A stretch of 64,000 nucleotides of DNA from Halioglobus sp. (lineage in GTDB: Bacteria; Pseudomonadota; Gammaproteobacteria; Pseudomonadales; Halieaceae). Position 1 is the stretch's first letter. Each line of letters starts with the position of its first letter. This document shows, one piece after another, positions 63,907 through 64,000 of this stretch. The notes below the pieces were generated by a model, which saw only the letters and a list, made by a program, of their open reading frames with translations, searched no databases and was not told the origin of the DNA. The stretch spans positions 746 through 64,745 of the forward strand of contig JBDNIE010000365.1 in the NCBI GenBank assembly GCA_041688425.1, given 5' to 3'. Both the position numbers and the translations under genes were made by a program.

Positions 63907-64000
63907 TTGAGCCGTTGGGCAATCCTTTTACTGTCACGGCACACAGGCGATACCCACAACGCTCTCACGGTCTATACTCGGATTAAAAGCACAAACCGTA

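Overview
GC-rich chromosomal segment whose gene content suggests a Gram-negative, probably marine gamma-proteobacterium (inference only). I call about 57 protein-coding genes and one tRNA-Val(GAC). I recognised no rRNA, CRISPR array, transposase or integrase.

Layout, left to right:
- murA 3' end, then a metallophosphoesterase / NTP-transferase / GNAT-like triad.
- A roughly 15-kb envelope-glycoconjugate island (3.8-18.8 kb) with three GT4, one GT2, an AsnB-type amidotransferase, an O-antigen-ligase (Wzy_C)-type membrane protein and a 2OG-Fe(II) oxygenase.
- A serine hydrolase and a Gly-zipper lipoprotein.
- WS/DGAT plus an alpha/beta hydrolase.
- A crotonase, a Trp-rich small protein and an MFS transporter.
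- An Atu-like acyl-CoA carboxylase block (atuA-C-E-F-like).
- A compact thiol-related small-gene operon.
- UPF0016 half-transporter, DedA, D-aminoacylase-type amidohydrolase, SelO, DUF1840.
- A PyrD-PyrK fusion, NhaA, and a choice-of-anchor-I-like lipoprotein with a collagen-like linker.
- tRNA-Val, then an LLM oxidoreductase plus two acyl-CoA dehydrogenases.
- A methyltransferase / GT2 / SDR / methyltransferase group.
- A HAD-PlsC fusion, PlsB-like GPAT and GpsA operon.
- PbpG-like endopeptidase, a Tat-signal aldo/keto reductase and a TLC/MFS-type transporter.

Best candidate for an undescribed system: a tightly packed five-gene acyl module (7.6-12.9 kb) inside the glycoconjugate island. It encodes a fatty acyl-AMP ligase, an SDR, two LpxL/PatA-type acyltransferases and a membrane di-iron fatty-acid hydroxylase. 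I saw no carrier protein.

Other points worth a second look:
- Two genes in that island whose conserved N-termini lie upstream of any ATG/GTG/TTG.
- A conserved ~65-nt intergenic element, plus a 4 x 15-bp tandem repeat inserted inside the Atu-like operon.
- A promoter-to-terminator unit (candidate sRNA or leader) upstream of the glycerolipid operon.
- Lys/Pro/Ala-rich basic tails on two lipid-synthesis enzymes.

All family calls rest on motifs read by eye from the supplied translations. No database search was possible.
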